A model generated the notes under the pieces. That model did not search any database and was not told the origin of the DNA. It was given only the letters and a program-made list of their open reading frames with translations. A stretch of 64,000 nt of DNA from Deltaproteobacteria bacterium (GTDB taxonomy: Bacteria > Myxococcota_A > UBA9160 > SMWR01), in the NCBI GenBank assembly GCA_032128375.1, contig JAQBGU010000107.1:85210-149209 (forward strand). Reading direction: 5' to 3'. This document shows, piece by piece, positions 18,304 to 26,142 of this stretch; position 1 is the stretch's first letter; each line of letters opens with the position of its first letter. A program made the position numbers and the translations under genes.

Positions 18304-18859
18304 TGTCGAACTCACGGCTGTCCCTCCGCGCGCGCACCTGATCGAGCGCCTCAGGCCACGGCTCGGCGAGCTGGTCCACGGCCTCCTCGTGATCGCAGAA
18401 GGCCTGTTGGGTGCAGACTCGAAGATCGATTTCGTAGGTATCGAACCTTCGGGTCGTGTCGTCTTGATCCTGCTGGGCGAGCCGGGAGAGGATCTACAAT
18501 TGGTCGGGCGGGCGCTCGCACAGCGCGTTTGGGTCGAACCGCGGGTTCGGGACTGGATCCAGCTAGCTCCGAACATTGCGGCGCGTCCCGCGGCCGGGGT
18601 TCGGGTGCTGCTGTTGTGTCCCGACTTTTGTGCCCAGACCCGGGCGGCGGTCGCCTCACTCGGAGATGACGTGGTTTCGCTCGCCCGCTACCGATGTTTG
18701 CGTAACGGTGCCGATCTGCACCTGCTGTTCGATCACCCGACAGAGCCCAGCCCGCTTCCATTTCACCCGCCCGAAATGAGCGCGCAGCCACCGTTTCGCA
18801 CCGGTCTGACGGATGAAGACCTCGGACTGACCGACGAGGAGCGCCGCGCGCTCGAGTAA
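18296..18859 (+). CDS. Hypothetical protein, possibly degenerate NucS/PD-(D/E)XK-like fold
   Basis: KIDFVGIEPSGRVVLI and VRVLLLCPDF resemble the NucS C-terminal domain; overlaps the upstream stop. Confidence 0.45.
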   Translation: MGDVELTAVPPRAHLIERLRPRLGELVHGLLVIAEGLLGADSKIDFVGIEPSGRVVLILLGEPGEDLQLVGRALAQRVWVEPRVRDWIQLAPNIAARPAAGVRVLLLCPDFCAQTRAAVASLGDDVVSLARYRCLRNGADLHLLFDHPTEPSPLPFHPPEMSAQPPFRTGLTDEDLGLTDEERRALE

Positions 18860-19045
18860 TGCGAGCCTCCCAATTTCGGGCCCAGCTTGCACTTCGGCTG
18901 CCTGGCTGTGCTCCCCGCCGTCCATAAATTTTTACCAATATTGAAATTCGGTGACATTTTTTGACACCTGTTGCCACTTCTCGACCACTAATCAACTAGG
19001 GACACCAAAGTTCGACCTGAGCGGAAATCCGAGCCAAGCCGAATT

Positions 19046-19109
19046 CAACAAGGGTCTGACAGAACAACAGAACTACAGAACAACAAGGGTCTGAACAACA
19101 AGGGTCTGA
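19046..19109 (+). repeat. Three exact copies of 14-mer CAACAAGGGTCTGA upstream of the ECF sigma gene
   Basis: Copies at 19046, 19081 and 19096. Confidence 0.9.
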
Positions 19110-19168
19110 CGAAGATCTGGGAAGATCACTGCGAACGAAACCTGGTATCGACTGAGCGGAGATAGCGG

Positions 19169-19744
19169 ATGGCGGCAGCAGAAGTGTTAGCTGCAACAGT
19201 TTCTGACGGCGAGCTGATCGACCGTGTGGTAACGGGCGATCGCGATGCATTCGAGACGTTGTACGACCGCTATTTCCCCCGTGTGTTCGCATTTCTCCAG
19301 AAACGACTCAACAACAGAGCAGACACGGAGGAGACTGCCCAGGAGGTGTTCATCAACGTCTTTTCCTCCCTCGAGTCGTTCCGGGGCGAAGCGCCGTTTG
19401 GCGCATGGGTGTTGGGTGTCTCGCGCCGAACACTGGCGAACCGGTTCAAGAAAAGGCGGCATCGGACGGTCTCTATTGATTCCGAAGAGGGTCGCGAATA
19501 CGCCAACGAGCACAACCCGGCCGCTCCGCGCTCGGTCACGCCACTGGAAGCTTATGAGTGCATGGAGCGAATCGACCAACTGAACGCGGCTGCGACCGAA
19601 AGTCTTTCGACCGAACAGCTGCTGCTGTTCGAGATGCACCATCTCCGCCACAAGACGATTCAACAGATCGCACAGGATCTGAATCGGAGCGAAGACGCGG
19701 TCAAGTCCACCTTGTATCGCGCACGCAAGCTGCTGCTCGCCTGA
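19169..19744 (+). CDS. ECF RNA polymerase sigma factor
   Basis: GDRDAFETLYDRY, EETAQEVF, FRGEAPFGAW (region 2); IAQDLNRSEDAVKSTLYRAR (region 4). Confidence 0.92.
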   Translation: MAAAEVLAATVSDGELIDRVVTGDRDAFETLYDRYFPRVFAFLQKRLNNRADTEETAQEVFINVFSSLESFRGEAPFGAWVLGVSRRTLANRFKKRRHRTVSIDSEEGREYANEHNPAAPRSVTPLEAYECMERIDQLNAAATESLSTEQLLLFEMHHLRHKTIQQIAQDLNRSEDAVKSTLYRARKLLLA

Positions 19745-19806
19745 TCCGGCGCCCCCTCGAAGTGCGCGGCCCAGTCGGCACCCGTTGAGCGCTCGTCCGG
19801 GGCGCT

Positions 19807-20598
19807 ATGGTTGCGTCAATGGCTGCGGCGCCCTTCGACCCACGATCCGTCTCGATTCGCCCTTCGACGCCACCCATCCAGTACCCCGAGCTCACCTCGA
19901 AGTCATTTTCGTTCGCTAGCCGCGGGGATCGCGTCCCCGGGCGTTTGCTGCTGCCCTCCAGCCAACAGGGTCCGTTTCCGCTGGTATTGCTCGCTCACGG
20001 CGCCGGTGGCGCGAAGGATTCGCCCTATATGGACGCGGCTGCTGGTCCGTGGGCAAGACGGGGCCTGGCTGTCGCGTCAATCGACTTTTCACTGCATGGG
20101 GAGCGATCGGAGGCCAAGCTGTACCAGATGCTCAAAGGGGAACTCGCGGCTACCGATTCCAACGGGCTAGGACTCGCCGCAGACTTCGCACAGCAATCGT
20201 TGGCCGACCTGGGTAACGCGCTGAGCGCAATCTGTGAATGGAGCGAGATTGACTCGAGGCGGCTTGGTTATGCCGGATTCAGCCTCGGGGCGATCATTGG
20301 TGCGACGTTCTGCGCTGGCGAGAAGCGCATTCGCGCCGCCGCACTCGCGCTCGGAGGTGCGGGCCTGGGCGGAGCCTCCCTCGACCCCACGCAGCATATC
20401 GCCGATTTCGCGCCGCGGCCGGTATTGTTCGTGAACGCAAACAGCGATGAGCTGATTCCGCGAGAGGCTGCACTCGCGCTATCCGGTGCAGCCGCTGAGC
20501 CGATGCAGCATCTCTGGTTCGACGGCACCCACAACCGGCTACCCGGCCAGGCTCTGAAGGCGATGTACCAATTCTTCGAGCGTCACCTCCCGGCTTGA
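19807..20598 (+). CDS. Alpha/beta hydrolase (dienelactone hydrolase/acetylxylan esterase-like)
   Basis: HGAGG oxyanion loop, GFSLG nucleophile elbow, DELIP Asp, GTHN His. Confidence 0.85.
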   Translation: MVASMAAAPFDPRSVSIRPSTPPIQYPELTSKSFSFASRGDRVPGRLLLPSSQQGPFPLVLLAHGAGGAKDSPYMDAAAGPWARRGLAVASIDFSLHGERSEAKLYQMLKGELAATDSNGLGLAADFAQQSLADLGNALSAICEWSEIDSRRLGYAGFSLGAIIGATFCAGEKRIRAAALALGGAGLGGASLDPTQHIADFAPRPVLFVNANSDELIPREAALALSGAAAEPMQHLWFDGTHNRLPGQALKAMYQFFERHLPA

Positions 20599-20662
20599 CC
20601 GATCCCTAGCCAGCACCGTGGGCGCTGAATTGCTGGAGTCGCCAGTCCTGCCTGATTGCCCC

Positions 20663-20762
20663 GCTGATGGCTCCTCAACCCGCTGATGGCTCCTCAACCG
20701 GCTGATGGCTCCTCAACCGGCTGATGGCTCCTCAACCTAACCGGCTGATGGCTCTTCAATCG
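20663..20762. repeat. About five tandem copies of 19-bp GCTGATGGCTCCTCAACC(G/C)
   Basis: Copies at 20663, 20682, 20701 and 20720, plus a variant at 20744 inside the 3' end of the EI24 gene. Confidence 0.92.
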
Positions 20763-21549
20763 GCTGGTGCCGGAGTGCCAGCAGGGTTCCGCCAACCACA
20801 AGCAGCGGCAGCGCGAGCAGATTCAATCCCGGCACCGCGCAGGTCAGGAACGCTGCGACACCGAAGCCCACCACTGCGGGCTTGTTCGATCTGAGCCAAT
20901 GCTGCTTTTCTCGGAACGTCAAGCGGCGACGATCGAGCGCGTAGCTCGCGTAATCGAGGGGCAAGAAGAAGATCGCGAAGCCGACGATCGCCGGGCCAGT
21001 CAGAAGCTGTGCGCCTGGAATCAGCAACCCAAACAGCGACAGCGTTCCCACGACCGCCAAGAAGAAGAACGTCTTGCGCATTTCTTCTCGCAACGACCGA
21101 GCCACGTCGGAGACAGTTCCCAGCAGACCGGTCGACGCTTCATCGACAACGCGGCCGCTTTCGATCAGTTCGACGCGATACGAAAGCAAATCGAGAAACG
21201 GCGAGGCAAGCACGTTCGCGACCAGAAATGCCGCCAGCAAGCTGACGCCCGCAATCGACGCGAACAGCACGGCCCCGATTGCGCGGAGCACGACCTTAGC
21301 GGGACCGATCCACAGCCACGTATACCACTCACCGGCTTGAAGGACCGGCATCCACCCAGTCGCCCACGAATAAAGTTCGCTCGAATATGCCACCAGAAGC
21401 GACAGGGAAAGCGAGATCGCGAGTATCGACAGTCCGATCGGGACCGTTGAGGGTGCCCATAACGAGCGCTCTCGGGCCAATAGCCGCGCCGCTTCGAGAG
21501 GCAGCGCGAGGCCGTCCATAGCGGACAATCGCGGGTGGGTTGACTCCAT
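20737..21549 (-). CDS. EI24/CysZ-like membrane protein
   Basis: Multiple TM segments, ASPFLDLLSYRVE, LDYASYALDRRR, VPGLNLL. Confidence 0.8.
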   Translation of the reverse strand: MESTHPRLSAMDGLALPLEAARLLARERSLWAPSTVPIGLSILAISLSLSLLVAYSSELYSWATGWMPVLQAGEWYTWLWIGPAKVVLRAIGAVLFASIAGVSLLAAFLVANVLASPFLDLLSYRVELIESGRVVDEASTGLLGTVSDVARSLREEMRKTFFFLAVVGTLSLFGLLIPGAQLLTGPAIVGFAIFFLPLDYASYALDRRRLTFREKQHWLRSNKPAVVGFGVAAFLTCAVPGLNLLALPLLVVGGTLLALRHQPIEEPSAG

Positions 21550-21593
21550 GAGGCTCTCCTCGATGTGAGTCTATACTACAGTTCCCCCGCGGG

Positions 21594-22760
21594 ATGTTCG
21601 ATTTTACATCCGTCGCGTTTCTGCACATTCCGACCCTGGAGTATGACAACTTGGGACGAAACATTTCAAAGCAGTTAGTGATTCCGTTTGCCACGGCGGT
21701 TTGGTTGATCGCTGCCGGTTGCCAGCCGATCGAATCCCCCGGCGCCGGCGAGGATACGACCGCGGCGGTCCGCGCCGGGGCGACCTCCGACGCGACATCA
21801 CAAGACGACATGCAACCCGTTGCGACGATTGGTGGCCGGACGATCACCATGGGCGAACTCGACGACTTCATCAAAGACGGCTTGTTTGCCAGTCAAACGT
21901 CGAATGGTGATCCGGCCACGCTCTACGAGATTCGCTCGAAGGCGCTCGGGCGCTTTATCGAACAGGCGATCATCAGCGAAGCCGCGAGCGCGGATGGTGT
22001 TTCCGCCGACGAGTACCTGGAAAAGTCGGTCATGAAAGAAGCCGAGATTCCAGACGAAGAGGTATCCGCCTACTTCGACGCGAACCCCGACAAGATGGGC
22101 AACGCCACGCTGGAGGAGATCAGTCCACGTATTCGGGCGCACTTGAGGGCTCAACTCGCCGCCGATCTCGTCTTGAAGATGACCGAGGCAGGCAACGCGG
22201 TTGTGTTGTTGGAGCCGGCGCGGACCCCAGTTGCCGCCATTGGCCCCTCGCAGGGACCCGACGATGCACCGATCACGATCATCGAATTCAGCGATTTCCA
22301 GTGTCCCTATTGCCAGCGGGTCGTACCGACCTTGCATCAGATCGTCGAAAAATACCCCGACCAGGTCCGGATCGTATTCAGGCATCTGCCGCTGGACGGA
22401 ATACACGACCGCGCGAGGCCAGCCGCCGAGGCGTCAGCCTGTGCGCACCAGCAGGACAAGTTCTGGGCATTCCACGACATCCTGTTCGAGAACAACCAGG
22501 CGCTCAGCGATCAGGATTTTGCGAAGTATGCCGGCGAGGCGGGCCTCGATGTAGCTGCTTTCGAAAAGTGCGTCACAGATCGCGAGTTCCAGGTTGCCGT
22601 GCAAAATGACGCCGAAGAGGCCAACGCCTTGGGGCTGCGCGGAACACCGGCCTTCTTCGTCAACGGGATCTCGATGCGCGGCGCCAAGCCGATCGAGGAA
22701 TTCATTCGCGTCATCGATACCGAACTCGCTCTCCAGAAACTGACCGCATCTGGCAGCTGA
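21594..22760 (+). CDS. DsbA-family thioredoxin-fold lipoprotein with N-terminal SurA-like region
   Basis: EFSDFQCPYC, FRHLPL, GTPAFFVNG; possible lipobox IAAGC; true start probably downstream of 21594. Confidence 0.88.
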   Translation: MFDFTSVAFLHIPTLEYDNLGRNISKQLVIPFATAVWLIAAGCQPIESPGAGEDTTAAVRAGATSDATSQDDMQPVATIGGRTITMGELDDFIKDGLFASQTSNGDPATLYEIRSKALGRFIEQAIISEAASADGVSADEYLEKSVMKEAEIPDEEVSAYFDANPDKMGNATLEEISPRIRAHLRAQLAADLVLKMTEAGNAVVLLEPARTPVAAIGPSQGPDDAPITIIEFSDFQCPYCQRVVPTLHQIVEKYPDQVRIVFRHLPLDGIHDRARPAAEASACAHQQDKFWAFHDILFENNQALSDQDFAKYAGEAGLDVAAFEKCVTDREFQVAVQNDAEEANALGLRGTPAFFVNGISMRGAKPIEEFIRVIDTELALQKLTASGS

Positions 22761-22762
22761 TC

Positions 22763-24097
22763 GTGGCGATTTTCAAAGCCTATGACATTCGCGGCGTCTA
22801 CCCGCGCGAACTCGATGCTTCCCACGCACATCGAATCGGGAGGGCCACCGCTCGATTCATCGGCGCCAAGGCACTGGTGGTCGGGCGCGACGCGCGCACC
22901 AGCTCACCCGAATTGCTCGACGCGCTCCTGCGCGGCATCAACGACGAAGGCGTTGATGTCATCGACATCGGTCTGGTGGCAACGCCGATGGTGTATTTCG
23001 CCGTCGATCACCTCGACGCGGGCGGCGGCATCATGATCACAGCCTCCCACAACCCCGGTCAGTACAACGGATTCAAAATTTGTCGTGAGCACGCGATACC
23101 GATCGGTGAAGCCAGTGGGCTGCGCGAAATCGAAGCCCTCGCGACGGCCGCTGCCGACGACCCGACCCGTTTGCCGCGTGGAAGCGTCGAGAGCATCGAC
23201 GTGTGCGCCGGCTACGTCGAGCACGCGCTATCTGCCGGGACTGAACGCCGGCGGATGCGGGTGGCAATCGATTGTGGCAACGGAATGGCCGCCGTCGGCC
23301 TCGAGCCACTGCTCGCGCAGTTGGATCTGGAAGTGGAACGGCTCTACTTCGAGCCCGACTGCACCTTCCCGAATCACGAGGCAGACCCTCTGAAGATCGA
23401 GAACCTGCGCGAGGTATCAGAGGCGGTGCGCCGTTCGAAATCCGACTTCGGTGTCGCATTCGACGGCGATGCCGACCGAGCGGTTTTCGTCGACGACACC
23501 GGCGAACCGATCCCCTCGGACTTGATGACCGGATTGCTGGCTCGCCGCCAACTCGCTCGCACGCCAGGCGGGCGCGTGCTGTACGACTTGCGATCCAGCC
23601 GCGTGACTGCCGAGGAAATCGCGGCAGCGGGTGGCGTTCCCGAGATGTGTCGCGTCGGGCACTCTTTCGTCAAGGCCCGGATGCGCGAGGCGGGCGCGAT
23701 TTTTGCCGGTGAGCTCTCTGGCCATTTCTATTTCCGTTTCTCCGAAACACTGATCGCCGATGATGGTGTGGCTGCGTTCGTCGCGCTGCTCGATGTGCTG
23801 GCTGTCGAGGCACAGCCTCTTTCGCAGCTGATCGCGCCACTCCGGCGTTACTCGGCGAGCGGAGAGATCAACCGGCGGGTCGACGACATCTCGAAGCTCT
23901 TGGGCGAGATCGAGGCCGAACACACGGGTGCCGAGATTTCACACCTGGACGGACTGCTCGTCCGCTACCCGGACTGGTGGTTCAACCTGAGAGCATCGAA
24001 CACCGAGCCAGTCCTGCGACTCAATATCGAGGCGAACACCGAGTCGGAGATGTGTGAAAAGCGAGACGCACTTCTCGAGCGAATCGGCGGCGGATAG
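22763..24097 (+). CDS. Phosphomannomutase/phosphoglucomutase
   Basis: FKAYDIRG, TASHNP, FDGDADR, GELSGH, RASNTEP. Confidence 0.93.
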   Translation: MAIFKAYDIRGVYPRELDASHAHRIGRATARFIGAKALVVGRDARTSSPELLDALLRGINDEGVDVIDIGLVATPMVYFAVDHLDAGGGIMITASHNPGQYNGFKICREHAIPIGEASGLREIEALATAAADDPTRLPRGSVESIDVCAGYVEHALSAGTERRRMRVAIDCGNGMAAVGLEPLLAQLDLEVERLYFEPDCTFPNHEADPLKIENLREVSEAVRRSKSDFGVAFDGDADRAVFVDDTGEPIPSDLMTGLLARRQLARTPGGRVLYDLRSSRVTAEEIAAAGGVPEMCRVGHSFVKARMREAGAIFAGELSGHFYFRFSETLIADDGVAAFVALLDVLAVEAQPLSQLIAPLRRYSASGEINRRVDDISKLLGEIEAEHTGAEISHLDGLLVRYPDWWFNLRASNTEPVLRLNIEANTESEMCEKRDALLERIGGG

Positions 24098-24238
24098 GAC
24101 GATTTGAGCTCGTTAGCCGAGCCGGGTTGACCCAAGCGGAGCTACTCGGCACTCTTGATCCCTGCGCTCAGACGGCTTCGCACCAGTCCACGGAGTGACT
24201 ACCCTCGACCACAACCCTCGGGGCCCACCAGCCTCTGG

Positions 24239-24284
24239 GCAACTAGCTTCCGGGCAACTAGCTTGTGCAACTAGCTTGTGCAAC
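24239..24284 (+). repeat. Three copies of GCAACTAGCTT upstream of the tatA RBS
   Basis: Copies at 24239, 24254 and 24267, followed by GTGCAACC and AGGGAG. Confidence 0.85.
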
Positions 24285-24297
24285 CAGGGAGTCAGCC

Positions 24298-24495
24298 ATG
24301 TTTGGCATCGGCACCACAGAACTCTTGATCGTGATGGGTATTGTGATCGTCATTTTCGGTGCTCGGCGCTTGCCCGAGCTGGGTAGTGGCATGGGAAAGG
24401 CGATCAAAAACTTCAAAGCAGGTGTGACCGGTAAGGACGAGATCGACGTCACTCCGAAGAAAGAAGAAGTCAGCGAGAGCAAGTCTGACGTCTAA
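24298..24495 (+). CDS. tatA: Twin-arginine translocase subunit TatA/E
   Basis: MFGIGTTELLIV..IFGARRLPELGSGMGKAIKNFK. Confidence 0.93.
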   Translation: MFGIGTTELLIVMGIVIVIFGARRLPELGSGMGKAIKNFKAGVTGKDEIDVTPKKEEVSESKSDV

Positions 24496-24590
24496 GAGCC
24501 TGCCCCAGTATGGGACGGTCGAACACGCAATAGCGCGCGGCGCGAAACGGTAGCCAGACAGACGCAGATCGGTAGGGCTGCAGTTCGGGT

Positions 24591-25928
24591 TCAAGAGCCC
24601 TCGTCTGGCTTCAGAGGCGAGAATTCAAAGCTCTCTGCCAGCAAGGGTACCGCCGGCACTACCGCGGCGAAGCTCAGCCAACTGTCCGCCGTGGCGGCGA
24701 AATGCGCCGCACGCTCGTTCTGAAGCTCGACCAGATCTGCCGGATTCGTCTCTCGAAGAAATCGCTCGGGGATTTTCGGCCCAATCGCCGCAATCGGTAG
24801 ATCGATTGATCGGCCGTTCGCGTCCAGCAGCTGGACTGCGAGCGGAGTGACGTTTCGGGAACCTCGGCTGCGTCTGAGCTTCCCCGAGATCACGTATAGG
24901 CGTCCAACTATCGCGTTGTCGATCCAACGCGCTGAGATGCCCCGAAGTTCAAAACCGGGAGCCGCCACCGATTCGACCGGCCAGGGTTCCGTTCTATGAT
25001 TCGGAGTCGACAGCCCACCCGCCAGGCCAAAAACCAACAATGACACCACCGCCATCCAACCCGCGATCCCCACAACGCGTCCGCGCAATTTCGATCGACC
25101 GGGTGTCTGCTCTTCGGAGAGAGCAACACGCCGTGCACCGATCGGCGCGGCCGAAACCGAATCGGACGACGGCGGGCCAATCCGAGGTTCGAAGGCACCG
25201 ATCGCGACAGGGCTACTCGTCTCCGAATCAAACAAATCCCAGTTGGCCGGGTCGTCGAAGTCATCAGCGCCAGTTCCGGCCGGAGCGGCCTCGAATTCGG
25301 GCTCGTCTTCCAATCCGGCGATGGATTCGAAGTTCGCCCGATCGTCCTCGCCAAACTGCGCGCTCGGCGCGAGCTCGGCGTCATCGATCAAGCTGGGTCC
25401 AGTTTCGCCGAACAGGTCGCGCTCGGATTCGCCAGTTTCTGAAGGAATGCCGTCATCGAGGTCGAGTGCCAGAAACGATTCCGAGGCGGCATCTTCTTCG
25501 GCCGGCATCGAAATGCTCAAATCCGGCACGCCCCCGAGCAGTTCGTCAACCGCTTCGCGTGCTGCGGCCAGTTCGTCAGCGAGCGCGTGGGTGCCGCCGA
25601 TCGGACTCGCCATCGCCCCGCTGTCATCGTTGAATTCCCAATCGTCTTCGGCAGTGTCGGGTGCCACCGTGTCGTTCGATTCGATCGGCGATTTTTTGCC
25701 GGAGAATCGATTCGCTGCGTCGACCTCCCGCCTGGAGGCTCCCGCGGACTGCGCTTTCTCCAGCACGTCTCGCGCTAGATCCCGTGCGTGATCGGCGTCC
25801 GGCTGCTGTGGAGATGCGACGAAGAACGCGTGCTCGCAGTGGGAGCAGCGCAAGCGAACGCCCTGCGGCGAGATCTTGGTCTCGTCGAGCCGAAACTGGC
25901 TGGCGCAGCGCTCACACGTGACGATCAA
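24591..25928 (-). CDS. Zinc-ribbon (MJ0042-type) membrane protein with acidic linker, DUF3426-like
   Basis: N-terminal CERC..F.L..KI..G..RCSHC..F, long D/E-rich linker, one TM, C-terminal extracytoplasmic domain. Confidence 0.78.
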   Translation of the reverse strand: MIVTCERCASQFRLDETKISPQGVRLRCSHCEHAFFVASPQQPDADHARDLARDVLEKAQSAGASRREVDAANRFSGKKSPIESNDTVAPDTAEDDWEFNDDSGAMASPIGGTHALADELAAAREAVDELLGGVPDLSISMPAEEDAASESFLALDLDDGIPSETGESERDLFGETGPSLIDDAELAPSAQFGEDDRANFESIAGLEDEPEFEAAPAGTGADDFDDPANWDLFDSETSSPVAIGAFEPRIGPPSSDSVSAAPIGARRVALSEEQTPGRSKLRGRVVGIAGWMAVVSLLVFGLAGGLSTPNHRTEPWPVESVAAPGFELRGISARWIDNAIVGRLYVISGKLRRSRGSRNVTPLAVQLLDANGRSIDLPIAAIGPKIPERFLRETNPADLVELQNERAAHFAATADSWLSFAAVVPAVPLLAESFEFSPLKPDEGS

Positions 25929-26142
25929 CGCGTTCCGCCCTCTTCCCCTCCGGTGACACCCAACATCATCCCCGCGGGGTGTGCTAGCGTGCCTGATCCG
26001 ATTTGCTTCGTTTCGGAGGCGGACCCAACCTGCTTGAGTGCGTCTGTCCCCTCATCAGTCAGCCGCCCGCGATTGGAGCATGGAAGGGACTCGCGGGCGG
26101 CAGAAACGGGTTTGCTGCGGCCATCGCAGCTATAGGGGTACC

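Noticed and set aside
20663..20762. CRISPR array
   Set aside because: Repeats are contiguous 19-mers with no unique spacers, and there are no cas genes
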